Below, one piece after another: positions 19,840-29,692 of a stretch of 64,000 bases of DNA. The DNA is taken from NCBI GenBank assembly GCA_013815775.1, contig JACDFN010000002.1, positions 128,717-192,716 of the forward strand, written 5' to 3'. Each line of letters starts with the position of its first letter. Within the stretch, counting starts at the first letter, position 1. A program made the translations under genes and the position numbers. The notes beneath the pieces were generated by a model. The model was not told the DNA's origin and searched no databases. It was given only the letters and a program-made list of their open reading frames with translations. The DNA is from Candidatus Saccharimonadota bacterium. GTDB lineage: Bacteria > Patescibacteriota > Saccharimonadia > Saccharimonadales > UBA10212.

Positions 19840-20901
19840 CTAAGCAGGCACTGCCTCTATTGGGGGAATAAAGATGGAAGAGACAGTGGAATTTTCGGAT
19901 ACCTCCAGGGTAGGCTTGGCGCGTTCAAGCCCTAGCCTTACTATGCTTAGAATCATCTTTTCATAATCCATGCCTAAATTAACGACACAAGCCTTTGGAA
20001 AGGAACCGTAGTCTTCTATAAGGCTTGGTATTAGGTTTGCTTCAAGGAAGTGGGGATTACCCCATTCATCAAATCGAATATCAATTCTACCGTAGTCTCG
20101 AGCACCTAAACATTTAAAAACACCAACTGCCATATTGACTACACTTTCTCGGACTGATACATCCATAACCGGCAGCGTTTTTTCCAAATTCATAGACTTT
20201 ACTTCTTGACTAAGGATACGCTCGCCTCGGTGGTTAGTCTCGGTTACGAGCTCAAGGGGCATTGCTATTAATCTTTTGGAATACTCCTCCTTCAAGATTC
20301 CGACACTAAACTCACGGCCCGGTAAGTACTGCTCTATCAGCCAATCCCCAGAGAAATTTATGGTATGAGAATTAACTTTTCCGTCCAATTGCATCAAGTT
20401 GTGGACTACTGACTCGTCATTTATCCCATCACCACCGCCTCCACGGGAAGGTTTAACGAATAAAGGATAGGACAAAGAAGATTCGGCTACAAGGCCAGTT
20501 TCCGTCCTTTTAATCACTATATACGGAGCCGTTGTAAATCCAGCATCTAAGGCCCGTTGTTTAGCTAGCGGCTTGTTCGACTCTAGGCAAATTGCTTCTC
20601 CAGCCGAACCAGTATGAGCAATATCGCGCTGCTCTAGGTACGTAGATAGCCATATTTTTTTATCTTCAGCAGCACAGTCAGCTATACCGCTAGGCAGGTA
20701 CTTCATACCCATGAATACTAGATCCGGTTGCTTTGAAACAAGATTCCTTAAATCGTTTAGATTATTCACAATGGAAACACCAACAATACAGTAGTGCCTC
20801 TTCAGTAAAGAATAGATTGCATCGCAAGATTCTTGGCTAAGAGAACTAAGACCTTTGTTAGAAGATCGAACTATCTCAATATGCTTTTGAATTTTTTTCA
20901 T
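19840..20901 (-). CDS. D-Ala-D-Ala ligase-like ATP-grasp enzyme
   Basis: YPLFVKP, LIEQYLPGREFSV, YGRIDIR, FLEAN. The Ddl N-terminal motifs are absent. Confidence 0.75.
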   Translation of the reverse strand: MKKIQKHIEIVRSSNKGLSSLSQESCDAIYSLLKRHYCIVGVSIVNNLNDLRNLVSKQPDLVFMGMKYLPSGIADCAAEDKKIWLSTYLEQRDIAHTGSAGEAICLESNKPLAKQRALDAGFTTAPYIVIKRTETGLVAESSLSYPLFVKPSRGGGGDGINDESVVHNLMQLDGKVNSHTINFSGDWLIEQYLPGREFSVGILKEEYSKRLIAMPLELVTETNHRGERILSQEVKSMNLEKTLPVMDVSVRESVVNMAVGVFKCLGARDYGRIDIRFDEWGNPHFLEANLIPSLIEDYGSFPKACVVNLGMDYEKMILSIVRLGLERAKPTLEVSENSTVSSIFIPPIEAVPA

Positions 20902-20960
20902 ATTGTTACACTTGCCGGTCCATCGAGAAAAGTTACCCCTCCTATGGATGGACAGATAAT

Positions 20961-21245
20961 CTAGTTTCTCTGGTATCCGCCGCCGGAGCGTCTATCTTCT
21001 TGGGGACGAGCTTGATTAACCACGATAGAACGGCCACTTACTTCTTTGCCGTTAAGTTCTTCAATGGCTTTCTGAGCTTCTTTGTCATCGCTCATTTCAA
21101 CAAAACCAAAGCCTTTCGACTGGCCGCTGTCTCTATCTTTAATTACGGTTGCGCTCGTTACGCCACCTTGTTCTGCAAAAAGAGCTTCTAACTCACTATC
21201 CGTAACGCTGTAGGCTAGACCGCCTATATATAATTTCATTGCCAT
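20961..21245 (-). CDS. RRM (RNP-1) RNA-binding protein
   Basis: RNP2 LYIGGL, RNP1 KGFGFVEM, Gly-rich tail. Confidence 0.95.
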   Translation of the reverse strand: MAMKLYIGGLAYSVTDSELEALFAEQGGVTSATVIKDRDSGQSKGFGFVEMSDDKEAQKAIEELNGKEVSGRSIVVNQARPQEDRRSGGGYQRN

Positions 21246-21499
21246 AATAAATAAACCTTTCTTCTTAGCTAATATCGCTAGCGTTTAGTACTGCTAACCG
21301 AGATGATATTAGCCTGGTGGGCTTATATTATTACAACGGAGAGATCTTATTAACCACTTGCTTAATTAAAGTATAGCACAAATTGGGTATATATGTTGGA
21401 CTAAGTTATAGTGTTCTCTACTTGATAGGCGTGAAATTTATAATTAGTGCATCGTGATTGCCGACGTTAGGACTATCTTGTATGTCTAAAAGTGATAAC

Positions 21500-21585
21500 T
21501 GGTGCAGGGAGAGGGATTCGAACCCCCGAAGGCGAAAGCCAACAGATTTACAGTCTGCCGTGTTTGACCGCTTCACTACCCCTGC
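21500..21585 (-). tRNA. tRNA-Tyr(GTA)
   Basis: Anticodon arm GCAGA-CTGTAAA-TCTGT, long variable arm, CCA end. Confidence 0.97.
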
Positions 21586-21687
21586 AAATTAGTATCAGTT
21601 GATGCGCCCAACCATTATTTTACCACCTCTTTAGTCTGAGCTAGCTGGCAATACTTTATGGCTTATTAGGGCGACACTTATAATATT

Positions 21688-21763
21688 TGGAGCCGATGGA
21701 GGGATTCGAACCCACGACCCGCTGTTTACAAAACAGCCGCTCTGGCCACTGAGCTACATCGGC
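21688..21763 (-). tRNA. tRNA-Thr(TGT)
   Basis: Anticodon arm GCTGT-TTTGTAA-ACAGC; CCA end. Confidence 0.97.
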
Positions 21764-21822
21764 AATAAGTATATTCTATAGCAATTATTTTAACTCGGGG
21801 GGTAGTGTAACAGGTTAAAGAG

Positions 21823-22476
21823 TTATATTACAACTCGTCTAGGGCGAAGAATACGCTTTGGCCTTCCAGAGGGCATAATCAATTTAGCTAACTTTTTTTG
21901 TGTCTGGGTAAGTTCTTCGCTCATTCCTCGAGACTCGTAAGCCTTGCTAAGCAGCGTGTATGTTTCTGGATTGGGTTCAAGCTCTGCAGCTCTTTGAAGT
22001 TCTTGAAGTACTAATTTGTCGTTACCTAATTTTTCCTGCACTTTAGCGTAGGCAATATGCCGGGCTGCTAAAACGTCTTCCAGCTTAAGTGCCTGTTCAA
22101 AAGCGGTTGCAGCTTTCTGGTAGTTTTCAGTTTCATAATATATCAAACCTAAATTATGCAAGCTGGAAGAGCTTGGCTCAATGCTGCTTGCAATTTCGAA
22201 GCAGTCTATTGCGTCACGATATTCGCGCTGCTTTGCGTATAGGATACCCAGGCGATTATATGCTGCCGCATTTTTTTCATCGATTTTTAAAATAGTCAGC
22301 AGTGCCTTCTCGGCCCGTAAAAAACGATTTTCGCGCATTCCATGATAAGCGATTTCCCATAGTCTTGAAAGGCGATCTCCCAATTTTTTTGGTAAAACTG
22401 CCATCTCGCGTTCGTAGTTGCGACCGTGTCTGTATACTAGATAACCAAATATTGTAAGAAGGACTAAGGCGTACAT
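21823..22476 (-). CDS. Membrane-anchored TPR protein
   Basis: N-terminal hydrophobic anchor; AYNRLGILY and LHNLGLIYY repeats. Confidence 0.85.
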   Translation of the reverse strand: MYALVLLTIFGYLVYRHGRNYEREMAVLPKKLGDRLSRLWEIAYHGMRENRFLRAEKALLTILKIDEKNAAAYNRLGILYAKQREYRDAIDCFEIASSIEPSSSSLHNLGLIYYETENYQKAATAFEQALKLEDVLAARHIAYAKVQEKLGNDKLVLQELQRAAELEPNPETYTLLSKAYESRGMSEELTQTQKKLAKLIMPSGRPKRILRPRRVVI

Positions 22477-22495
22477 ACCAACTCAGTATATCAAA

Positions 22496-23377
22496 CTAAA
22501 GTCTTAAATTAGCAACCAGCTTTAAGTTGATTAATTTGGGTGCAACGTTTTGCTCAAGTGCTTGCTGTAGCTGGTTTATTAACCTTCTGTTAGACAGCAT
22601 TCTCTCGGCATCTACCATGTTTTCTGCTTGAACTGCTTTATGGTGCAGTGCGATTAAGATTTTATTAAAAGCCTCAAGAAGTAGGCTAAGCTGGGGCTTA
22701 TCTTTGGTTATGCTTTCTAAAGATTGGAGCCTCTGATATTTATTTTGGTTGAGTATTTTCTTAACTTTCTCCACTGCTTGTTTTAAGGAGTGTTGGCTGT
22801 CGTTCTGTAATAAAGCACTCATAAGACCGGGTGATCCTTGACTAAGTATCCAAGAAGCCTCGATGTCACTTTGCGAGTAATTATTAATAAAGTACTGCCG
22901 AGAATCGTTTAGAGACACCTGTCTTACGTAAATTATTTGAGCTCTTGAACTTACAGTTGGTAATAATGATAGTTCAGACGGTGCGGTAAGAATAAACAAA
23001 CTTTCACTACTTGGTTCTTCTAGTATTTTCAAAATAGCATTTTGTGCTTCGTTGCTCATCAGGTTGGCGTTTTCAATAAAAACGACTCTTCTTATCTTGT
23101 TCGAACCAGGTGTTCTTAGTCGAAAATTGTAAATTAATTTCCTAACTTGCTCAATGGTAATTTCGCTTTTATCAGTAGGTGTCAGATGGTAATAAAACGG
23201 ATAAGTTTCCAGAGCGCTGCCTGTATTGATTCTCAGTGTTTCTGAGGCAATAGTTTTTGCAATTGTTTTTTTACCACTGCCTGGAGAGCCAACCAATAGT
23301 AGAGCATGTCCTGGTTTATCAAGGAAGTACTCAATTTGCTTTTTAGTACATAAATTTAATAGTAAACTGTTTAACAT
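22496..23377 (-). CDS. holB: DNA polymerase III delta' subunit
   Basis: HALLLVGSPGSGK, ITIEQVR, EAQNAILKILEEP, LLPTVSSR. Confidence 0.88.
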   Translation of the reverse strand: MLNSLLLNLCTKKQIEYFLDKPGHALLLVGSPGSGKKTIAKTIASETLRINTGSALETYPFYYHLTPTDKSEITIEQVRKLIYNFRLRTPGSNKIRRVVFIENANLMSNEAQNAILKILEEPSSESLFILTAPSELSLLPTVSSRAQIIYVRQVSLNDSRQYFINNYSQSDIEASWILSQGSPGLMSALLQNDSQHSLKQAVEKVKKILNQNKYQRLQSLESITKDKPQLSLLLEAFNKILIALHHKAVQAENMVDAERMLSNRRLINQLQQALEQNVAPKLINLKLVANLRL

Positions 23378-23390
23378 ACATTAATTTCCC

Positions 23391-24263
23391 TTAAGTATAG
23401 GGTTTAAAAGTGTCAGGAAGAGGCGCTACGAAAGACTTAATAGTTCCATCCAGCAATGTTAGCTCCAGAAACTTCGCGTGAAGAAGCATTGCTTGGCTTC
23501 CTCCATGGCCGTAAACAGGATCACCAACAATTGGATGTCCCAAGTGTGCCATATGAATTCTAAGTTGATGGGTACGGCCTGTCGCAGGCGACAGTTCTAC
23601 CAGACTGTAGTCTTTTCCCATAACTTTAAAGTGTCTCTCCACCTTATACCTTGTCTGCGATGGTTTACCCCCTAAGCCGGTTCTGAAAGTTTGGGGATGC
23701 TTAGGGTTGCGTTCAATTGGAACATCTACTATAGCCTCGGCAGGCGATAGTTTACCTTCTACGATTGCTGTGTATATTTTTTTAGTCCTACGCTCCGCAA
23801 ACTGTTTTTGAAGCCACTTTAAGGATGCCTGGTTTTTAGCGCCAATGATTACACCGCTAGTTAACCGATCTAGCCGGTGCACTATACCCGCCCTATTACC
23901 GAAAAGATTCTTGTCGGTAATTTTATTTTTTAAAAAACTGGCAACTGTAGACTCATAATTAACAGCGCCTTTACTGTGAGTCAGCATGCCGGCCGGCTTG
24001 TTAACGACTACTGCATTTTTATCTTCATAAATTACTTCTAAGTTAACATCCGGCGGCTCCATATCAACTAGCGTGGTATCAATAGAGACTGAGTCATCCT
24101 TACGAAGTTTATGACCAGGCTTAGTCGGTAGCTTATCCAGCAACACCTGATTGTTTACAAATAAAGACTTTAATGACGCACGTGTATAGTTGGTCAATTT
24201 TTCACTTACGAAGACATCCAGCCTTTTCCCTTTATTGGATTCACCAGCCTTAAAGTTCAACAT
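23391..24263 (-). CDS. RluA/RluD-family pseudouridine synthase
   Basis: S4 domain, GIVHRLDRLTSG, TGRTHQLR, HPIVGD. Confidence 0.93.
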   Translation of the reverse strand: MLNFKAGESNKGKRLDVFVSEKLTNYTRASLKSLFVNNQVLLDKLPTKPGHKLRKDDSVSIDTTLVDMEPPDVNLEVIYEDKNAVVVNKPAGMLTHSKGAVNYESTVASFLKNKITDKNLFGNRAGIVHRLDRLTSGVIIGAKNQASLKWLQKQFAERRTKKIYTAIVEGKLSPAEAIVDVPIERNPKHPQTFRTGLGGKPSQTRYKVERHFKVMGKDYSLVELSPATGRTHQLRIHMAHLGHPIVGDPVYGHGGSQAMLLHAKFLELTLLDGTIKSFVAPLPDTFKPYT

Positions 24264-24264
24264 A

Positions 24265-25401
24265 CTAGTTTTTAAGGCGGAGACCTAGGGCTTGTTGCAC
24301 TCTAAGAAGAGTCGTATTTGCCGCTGTAGACATAGCTTCTTCGTCTGCTTCCAGTTTTTGCAGTAGCTTTTTATCATCAACGGAAGCTAGCCGACTTTGA
24401 AATTTACTCAAAAAGTTATTGACAGCTTCTGCCACTGTCGTTTTAAGCTCCCCATAGCTAGATTTACCGTCCCATTGCTTAATTACTTCGGATTGGGGGC
24501 GATTAGTTAGTAGTTGAAGTATTTGAAGTAAATTAGAAATTCCGGGCTGCTTATCCCAATCGTATCTTACCGTACCCAGTGAGTCAGTCGTAGCACTCAT
24601 AACTTTTTGTGCTGCTTCTTCTGGCTTATCACTAAGTAAAATAGTTCCTGCTGGATCTTCTACGCTCTTGCTCATTTTCTTTTCGGGGTTTCGTAAACTG
24701 CGAATTCTTATTGGTTCCGTGCGTCTTGTAAATTCTGCTTGTTTAACGTTATCTTCGGGTACAACGAATAAATCACCAAACTTATTGTTCATTCTCAATG
24801 CTAAATTTCGAGTAAATTCTACGTGTTGCCTCTGATCATCTCCTACTGGTATCCATTTACCCCCGTAAAGCAGAATGTCAGCCGCCATTAGTACCGGGTA
24901 GAGATATAGTCCCGCAGTGATAACATCTCTCACTGGCTCGTCCTGGCTGGGGGAATTCATAATATCTGAATTCGAATCAGGTTCAGGTCTTTGACTGACC
25001 GGGGTGCTAACCGATTCCTCGGTCCGTTGAATTGGTGCATGACCTTTTTCTTTGAATTGAGTCATTCGTCTTAGCTCACCGTAGTACGAAAAGCAGCTAA
25101 GTAACCACGTCATTTCAGAATGGGCTGGAATGTAGCTTTGGCGGTAGATAAAAGTATACTGGTCTTCAATATTCAGACCGGCGGCTACAAAAACTTTAAG
25201 ATTTTTAAGGGTCTGTTCATATAAGTTGTTATGATCGATAGGTGTTGTAAAGCTGTGTAAATCAGGAATGAACATATTTAGCTGGTATTGGCCAGCATAC
25301 TTCTTTTGAAGATCCACCATGGGTAAGATAGCACCTAGGTAATTTCCAAGATGAAATTCACTATTGGACCGCAGACCAGTTAAAATGACCTCTTTGTTCA
25401 T
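24265..25401 (-). CDS. trpS: Tryptophanyl-tRNA synthetase
   Basis: HLGN, YPVLMAADIL, PVGDDQRQH, KMSKS. Confidence 0.97.
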   Translation of the reverse strand: MNKEVILTGLRSNSEFHLGNYLGAILPMVDLQKKYAGQYQLNMFIPDLHSFTTPIDHNNLYEQTLKNLKVFVAAGLNIEDQYTFIYRQSYIPAHSEMTWLLSCFSYYGELRRMTQFKEKGHAPIQRTEESVSTPVSQRPEPDSNSDIMNSPSQDEPVRDVITAGLYLYPVLMAADILLYGGKWIPVGDDQRQHVEFTRNLALRMNNKFGDLFVVPEDNVKQAEFTRRTEPIRIRSLRNPEKKMSKSVEDPAGTILLSDKPEEAAQKVMSATTDSLGTVRYDWDKQPGISNLLQILQLLTNRPQSEVIKQWDGKSSYGELKTTVAEAVNNFLSKFQSRLASVDDKKLLQKLEADEEAMSTAANTTLLRVQQALGLRLKN

Positions 25402-25441
25402 TAAGAATAATTATAGCTTAATTGTTGCGAGCCATTGAACT

Positions 25442-25840
25442 TTATCGCTTGGTAAACTGACGCTTTTTACGTGCACTTCGTAGACCAAATTTTTTTCGTT
25501 CTTTTTCGCGTGGATCACGGCCGAGCAGTTCAGCTTTGCGCAGAGTGCCACGGTAATCTTCATTTAGTTCGACTAATGCTTTGGCAACGCCAAGGCGTAT
25601 GGCGTCAACTTGGCTAGCATGGCCTCCGCCACTGACCTTGACGCTTAGCGTATAGTTTTCCGGGTTTAACTCTAGAACATTGAACGGTATAGCAAGTTCA
25701 GACAGGAGAGATTTACTCTCAGCAAAATAAGCAGCTGAATCTGTGTTATTTATAGTAATTTTACCCTTGCTATTTATGAGGCGTATCCGGGCAGTTGCTC
25801 GCTTTCGCCTCCCTAATGCATAAAAATAATTTGCAGCCAT
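25442..25840 (-). CDS. rpsI: 30S ribosomal protein S9
   Basis: GRRK, GGG..SQ, RDPREKERKK, QFTKR. Confidence 0.97.
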   Translation of the reverse strand: MAANYFYALGRRKRATARIRLINSKGKITINNTDSAAYFAESKSLLSELAIPFNVLELNPENYTLSVKVSGGGHASQVDAIRLGVAKALVELNEDYRGTLRKAELLGRDPREKERKKFGLRSARKKRQFTKR

Positions 25841-26286
25841 TATTTAGGTTCACCTTTCTTTAGAGATACAGTTTTTGGCTTTTGAGCAAAGTGCTGATGC
25901 TCGGCATTAGAATAAATCTTAAGCCTCTTTAGTCTACCATCTCGTAATTTATTAACTGGGAGCATACCTCTTATGGCGTGATTAATAATCTTTGTAGGGT
26001 CAATTTCCATTTGTTCCCCCAAAGTTCTTCTGTATAAACCTCCTGGAAAACCGCTATGGCGGTAGTAAAGTTTATCTTTAACCTTATTGCCAGTAACTAC
26101 TAATTTTGCCGCATTTATTATTACCACAAAATCACCCCCGTCTATATGAGGGGTGAGAGTGGGTTTATCTTTACCTATAAGAAGTCGTGCAGAAACCGTA
26201 GCTAGCCTACCAAGGGGGACCTCAGAAGCATCCAACACATACCATTGCCTCTTTATGTTTTTAGGTCTGAGACTATATGTTTTCAT
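25840..26286 (-). CDS. rplM: 50S ribosomal protein L13
   Basis: WYVLDA, LGRLA, YYRHSGFPGG, GMLP. Confidence 0.97.
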   Translation of the reverse strand: MKTYSLRPKNIKRQWYVLDASEVPLGRLATVSARLLIGKDKPTLTPHIDGGDFVVIINAAKLVVTGNKVKDKLYYRHSGFPGGLYRRTLGEQMEIDPTKIINHAIRGMLPVNKLRDGRLKRLKIYSNAEHQHFAQKPKTVSLKKGEPK

Positions 26287-26771
26287 TGTTTCTTGACCCC
26301 TGTTTTCTTAGCTGCAGGTGTTGGTTTAGTTGCTTTATTTTCAATCGGTTTCTTAGTCGGTTGCTTGACTTCGTTATTTTTAGAATCGGCCTTTTTGATC
26401 TCGGTCTTCTTAATTTCATCCACAAACAATACTTTGGCCATTTGAACATTATCGCCACGTCTAACGGTAGTTCTTTGTATTCGCAAGTGGCCACTGTTGC
26501 GGCCACTAAGCTGAGGGGCTATTTGATCGATCAGTTTATGAGCAGCCTCGAGAGTCATTAACCCATTTATTACCAGGCGACGGTTGTGAAGATCGCCCAC
26601 CTTGGCTTTAGTTATTAATTTTTCGGTATAGCTGGATAATGTTTTGGCTTTTGGCAAGGTAGTTTCGATTGATTCATTCAGCACCAAAGCATCTGCTAGA
26701 CCTTTTATAAGGGCTTGTCTAGGGTCTCTTTCTCTTCCGAATTTTCTACCTTTATAACCGTGGCGGTGCAT
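26283..26771 (-). CDS. rplQ: 50S ribosomal protein L17 (Lys-rich C-terminal tail)
   Basis: MHRH..GRKFGR, IETTLPKAK, RRGD. Confidence 0.96.
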   Translation of the reverse strand: MHRHGYKGRKFGRERDPRQALIKGLADALVLNESIETTLPKAKTLSSYTEKLITKAKVGDLHNRRLVINGLMTLEAAHKLIDQIAPQLSGRNSGHLRIQRTTVRRGDNVQMAKVLFVDEIKKTEIKKADSKNNEVKQPTKKPIENKATKPTPAAKKTGVKKQ

Positions 26772-26781
26772 TTCTGTTCCC

Positions 26782-27723
26782 CTAAAGTTCCAATTCTGCT
26801 ATTTTTTCTTTAACTTCGTCTAAAGCCTTGTTACCAAAGCCTTTTAGGTCTCTCAACTCTGCTTCACTTAGTGATAGTAAGTCTTTTATTGTGTGGATGT
26901 CATTGTTCACCAACGCATTTGTTGTCCTTGCGCTTAAGTTCAGACCCTCTATTGAAGTCATTAACTCTGCCGGTTCTTCGCCACCGTCGCCCAAAGCACT
27001 ACCTTCAGCAGTAATGGGGAGCGAAGCCTCTACGCGGGTCTGTCCGGCAAGTGCGGTGTACTGGTTAACTAATATGGCGGCTGCTTCTTCAAAAGCGTCC
27101 CTTGGCGACAATGAACCATCTGTATCGATAGTGATGAGTAAACGATCTAAATCTGTCATACGGCCCACTCGAGTATTCTCTACTTTGTAGCGAACCCGTA
27201 GTACGGGGGTAAACAAGGCATCTAACATAATCATATCGCTAATCTTTTTACCAGCGCCAGTTTCGTCTAACGCTCGGTAACCACGACCGGTTTCAACGGT
27301 GATATCCATGGTCAGCGATGCCTTGTCGTCGTCTATATTGCAGATTACATGATCTGGATTAACCAGTTCCACATCCGCACTGAGCTGTAAATCCTTAGCC
27401 TTAACAGGTCCCTTACCCTTTTTGGAAAGTCGTAAAGTTTGAGGTTCGTCACTATATAGTTTGAAACGAATACCCTTCAGATTAAGCAAGACTGCTACGA
27501 TATCTTGCTTAACACCCTTGACGGTAGTAAATTCATGACTTGCACCTTCTATTTTAAATGCAGTAACAGTGGCTCCAGCAATGCTAGATAAAAGAACTCT
27601 GCGAAGGCTGTTACCAAGCGTCATACCATATCCGGGTTGAAGTGGCTCAATAATAAATGTAGCAGTAGTTGGACCGTGATCCGTAACCGATGCCAGTGTG
27701 GGGGTGTGAATTAGTTTACTCAT
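26782..27723 (-). CDS. rpoA: RNA polymerase alpha subunit
   Basis: EPLQPGYGMTLGNSLRRVLLS; alpha-CTD LSARTTNAL. Confidence 0.98.
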   Translation of the reverse strand: MSKLIHTPTLASVTDHGPTTATFIIEPLQPGYGMTLGNSLRRVLLSSIAGATVTAFKIEGASHEFTTVKGVKQDIVAVLLNLKGIRFKLYSDEPQTLRLSKKGKGPVKAKDLQLSADVELVNPDHVICNIDDDKASLTMDITVETGRGYRALDETGAGKKISDMIMLDALFTPVLRVRYKVENTRVGRMTDLDRLLITIDTDGSLSPRDAFEEAAAILVNQYTALAGQTRVEASLPITAEGSALGDGGEEPAELMTSIEGLNLSARTTNALVNNDIHTIKDLLSLSEAELRDLKGFGNKALDEVKEKIAELEL

Positions 27724-27744
27724 AATTATATTTCTCCGCCTCCT

Positions 27745-28362
27745 TTAGCGAGAGTAGTATTCTACGATTAATTGTTCTTTGATATCAGGTTCTGCGTCTT
27801 CTCTAGTGGGTAGCCCGGTGATTGTAATTTCAACTTTCTTGCGGTTTGCCTTTAGCCAGCCGGGGATATCGGCTGGGGCAGGGCTAAGCTCATCAAGGTG
27901 TTTAAAATAATCACTTTTAGCACTAGCACCTCTAAGGACGAAAACATCGCCTGGCTTGACCCTTAAGGATGGAACGTCTACTCGACGCCCGTTCAAGGTA
28001 AAATGTCCATGTGTAGCAAGTTGGCGTGAAGCCCTTCTAGATACTGCAAAACCGGCTCTGTATAGGACGTTGTCAAGTCGCCTTTCTAGATTTTGCAGAA
28101 GTATGGCTCCGGTTTGGCCGGGAGTATTCACGGCTTCTTCCATAAGTTTTGCAAACTGTCTTTCAAGGAGCCCATAAAGTCTTTTTACTTTTTGCTTCTC
28201 CCTAAGCTGCAGTGAATATTGACTAGGTTTATTACGGTAGCCACGGGTTTTTTGTTGCCCAGGTGGTGTCGAGCGCTTAACCAAAGCCTTATGAGCCTTA
28301 GGATGTAGAGCATAACCCTCTCTTCGACTCATTTTTACTATAGATTGCGTGTCTCTGGCCAT
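27745..28362 (-). CDS. rpsD: 30S ribosomal protein S4
   Basis: QLREKQK, LERRLDN, IVEYYSR. Confidence 0.97.
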   Translation of the reverse strand: MARDTQSIVKMSRREGYALHPKAHKALVKRSTPPGQQKTRGYRNKPSQYSLQLREKQKVKRLYGLLERQFAKLMEEAVNTPGQTGAILLQNLERRLDNVLYRAGFAVSRRASRQLATHGHFTLNGRRVDVPSLRVKPGDVFVLRGASAKSDYFKHLDELSPAPADIPGWLKANRKKVEITITGLPTREDAEPDIKEQLIVEYYSR

Positions 28363-28377
28363 AATTATTGCTTCCTG

Positions 28378-28830
28378 TTAGTTCCTCTTTGCTTTACGAG
28401 GCCTTGTGCCACCATGGGGCACACCAGTTATATCTTTTAAACTATCAATCTGGACTCTTTGGCCTGATAAAGTTCGGATTGCTGCTTCCCTGCCCATTCC
28501 AATGCCTTTAACGAATACATCAACCTTCTCGAGTCCGTATAATTGTCTTGCAGAGCTAATAGCCTTTTCGGCCGCTATTTGGGCTGCATAAGCTGTTCCT
28601 TTTTTAGAGCCACGAAAGCCGGAGCCTCCTGCACTACCACTTGATAAAGCGTTACCCTTGGTGTCCGTCACAGTTACGATGGTGTTATTGAAGGTAGCTA
28701 GAATATGAATTTGCCCCTGTGGTACGGCACGCCGTTTAGATTTCTTTTTACGAGCAGGTGCTACTACCTCTGCCGCATCTTTAGGAGAGTTTTCATTGTT
28801 TTCTAACTTATCTACTTCTTTATCTGCCAT
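28378..28830 (-). CDS. rpsK: 30S ribosomal protein S11
   Basis: TFNNTIVT, GFRGSKKGTAYAA, PHGG. Confidence 0.97.
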   Translation of the reverse strand: MADKEVDKLENNENSPKDAAEVVAPARKKKSKRRAVPQGQIHILATFNNTIVTVTDTKGNALSSGSAGGSGFRGSKKGTAYAAQIAAEKAISSARQLYGLEKVDVFVKGIGMGREAAIRTLSGQRVQIDSLKDITGVPHGGTRPRKAKRN

Positions 28831-28848
28831 ATAATTTATTCTCCTAAA

Positions 28849-29235
28849 CTATGTCTTAGAAGGTGCCTTTCTAGCGGTTCCCCCGACAGTAATCTTTTTT
28901 CCTCTTCGGGTTCTGGCGTTAGTTCTTGTTCGCTGGCCTCTAGATGGTAAACCAGCCTTGTGCCGAAGCCCTCTATAAGATCCAATATCAGTAAGACGCT
29001 TAATATTACCCATTACCACACGCTGTAGCTCACCCTCAACAGTGTGTTGAGAGGTAATAACTTCTTGGATACGTGATATTTCACTGCCAGTTAAGTCTTT
29101 CACTCGTACTGTACGGTCAATATTGGTAGAGCTTAAAATATCTGAGCTTGCCTTTGGACCGATTCCATAAATATAAGTTAAGGCCACACCAACTTGCTTA
29201 TTGTCCGGAATGCTCACTCCTGAAATTCTAGCCAC
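28849..29235 (-). CDS. rpsM: 30S ribosomal protein S13
   Basis: LTYIYGIG, YRGLRH, RGQRTRTNAR. Confidence 0.97.
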   Translation of the reverse strand: MARISGVSIPDNKQVGVALTYIYGIGPKASSDILSSTNIDRTVRVKDLTGSEISRIQEVITSQHTVEGELQRVVMGNIKRLTDIGSYRGLRHKAGLPSRGQRTRTNARTRRGKKITVGGTARKAPSKT

Positions 29236-29243
29236 TTTAAAAC

Positions 29244-29360
29244 TTACCCCTGCCTCTGCTTGTGCTTTGGCTTTAGTTTATTAATTACATAGACTCGGCC
29301 TTTTCGGCGTACAATCTTATCGTCTGGACTAATTTTCTTTACGCTGGCACGCACCTTCAT
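29244..29360 (-). CDS. rpmJ: 50S ribosomal protein L36, cysteine-free type (not in ORF track)
   Basis: Hand translation [46 protein letters not shown] upstream. Confidence 0.95.
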   Translation of the reverse strand: MKVRASVKKISPDDKIVRRKGRVYVINKLKPKHKQRQG

Positions 29361-29410
29361 GCGGATCATCTCCTTTATTTCGTTGATGACACACTGCTCT
29401 CTAGTAAAAA

Positions 29411-29632
29411 CTAGTTTTTGCGATAGGTTATCCGACCCTTCGTAAGATCGTAAGGTGTCAACTCAACCGTAACGCTGTCACCTGGTACTAAGCGGATGTA
29501 ATGTTTCCGCATTTTACCTGCGACATGAGCTATGATTCTATGACCATTTTCAAGTTCTACCCGAAACTGCGTTCCGGGCAATGCTTCGACTACCGTCCCA
29601 GCCAGTTCAATAACTTCCTTGTCTTTGGCCAT
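29411..29632 (-). CDS. infA: Translation initiation factor IF-1
   Basis: [26 protein letters not shown]. Confidence 0.98.
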   Translation of the reverse strand: MAKDKEVIELAGTVVEALPGTQFRVELENGHRIIAHVAGKMRKHYIRLVPGDSVTVELTPYDLTKGRITYRKN

Positions 29633-29692
29633 AAATACAACCTGACAATTGTATCAAACAAACCAAGGTGTTGTAAAGTGTTTTTCCGGTTA

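Noticed and set aside
21620..21652. tRNA-like fragment GCCAGCTAGCTCAG..AGAG between tRNA-Thr and tRNA-Tyr
   Set aside because: No anticodon arm or T-arm; more likely promoter sequence for tRNA-Tyr.
16400..21800. Genomic island or prophage at the tRNA cluster
   Set aside because: No integrase, transposase or duplicated tRNA 3' end was seen.
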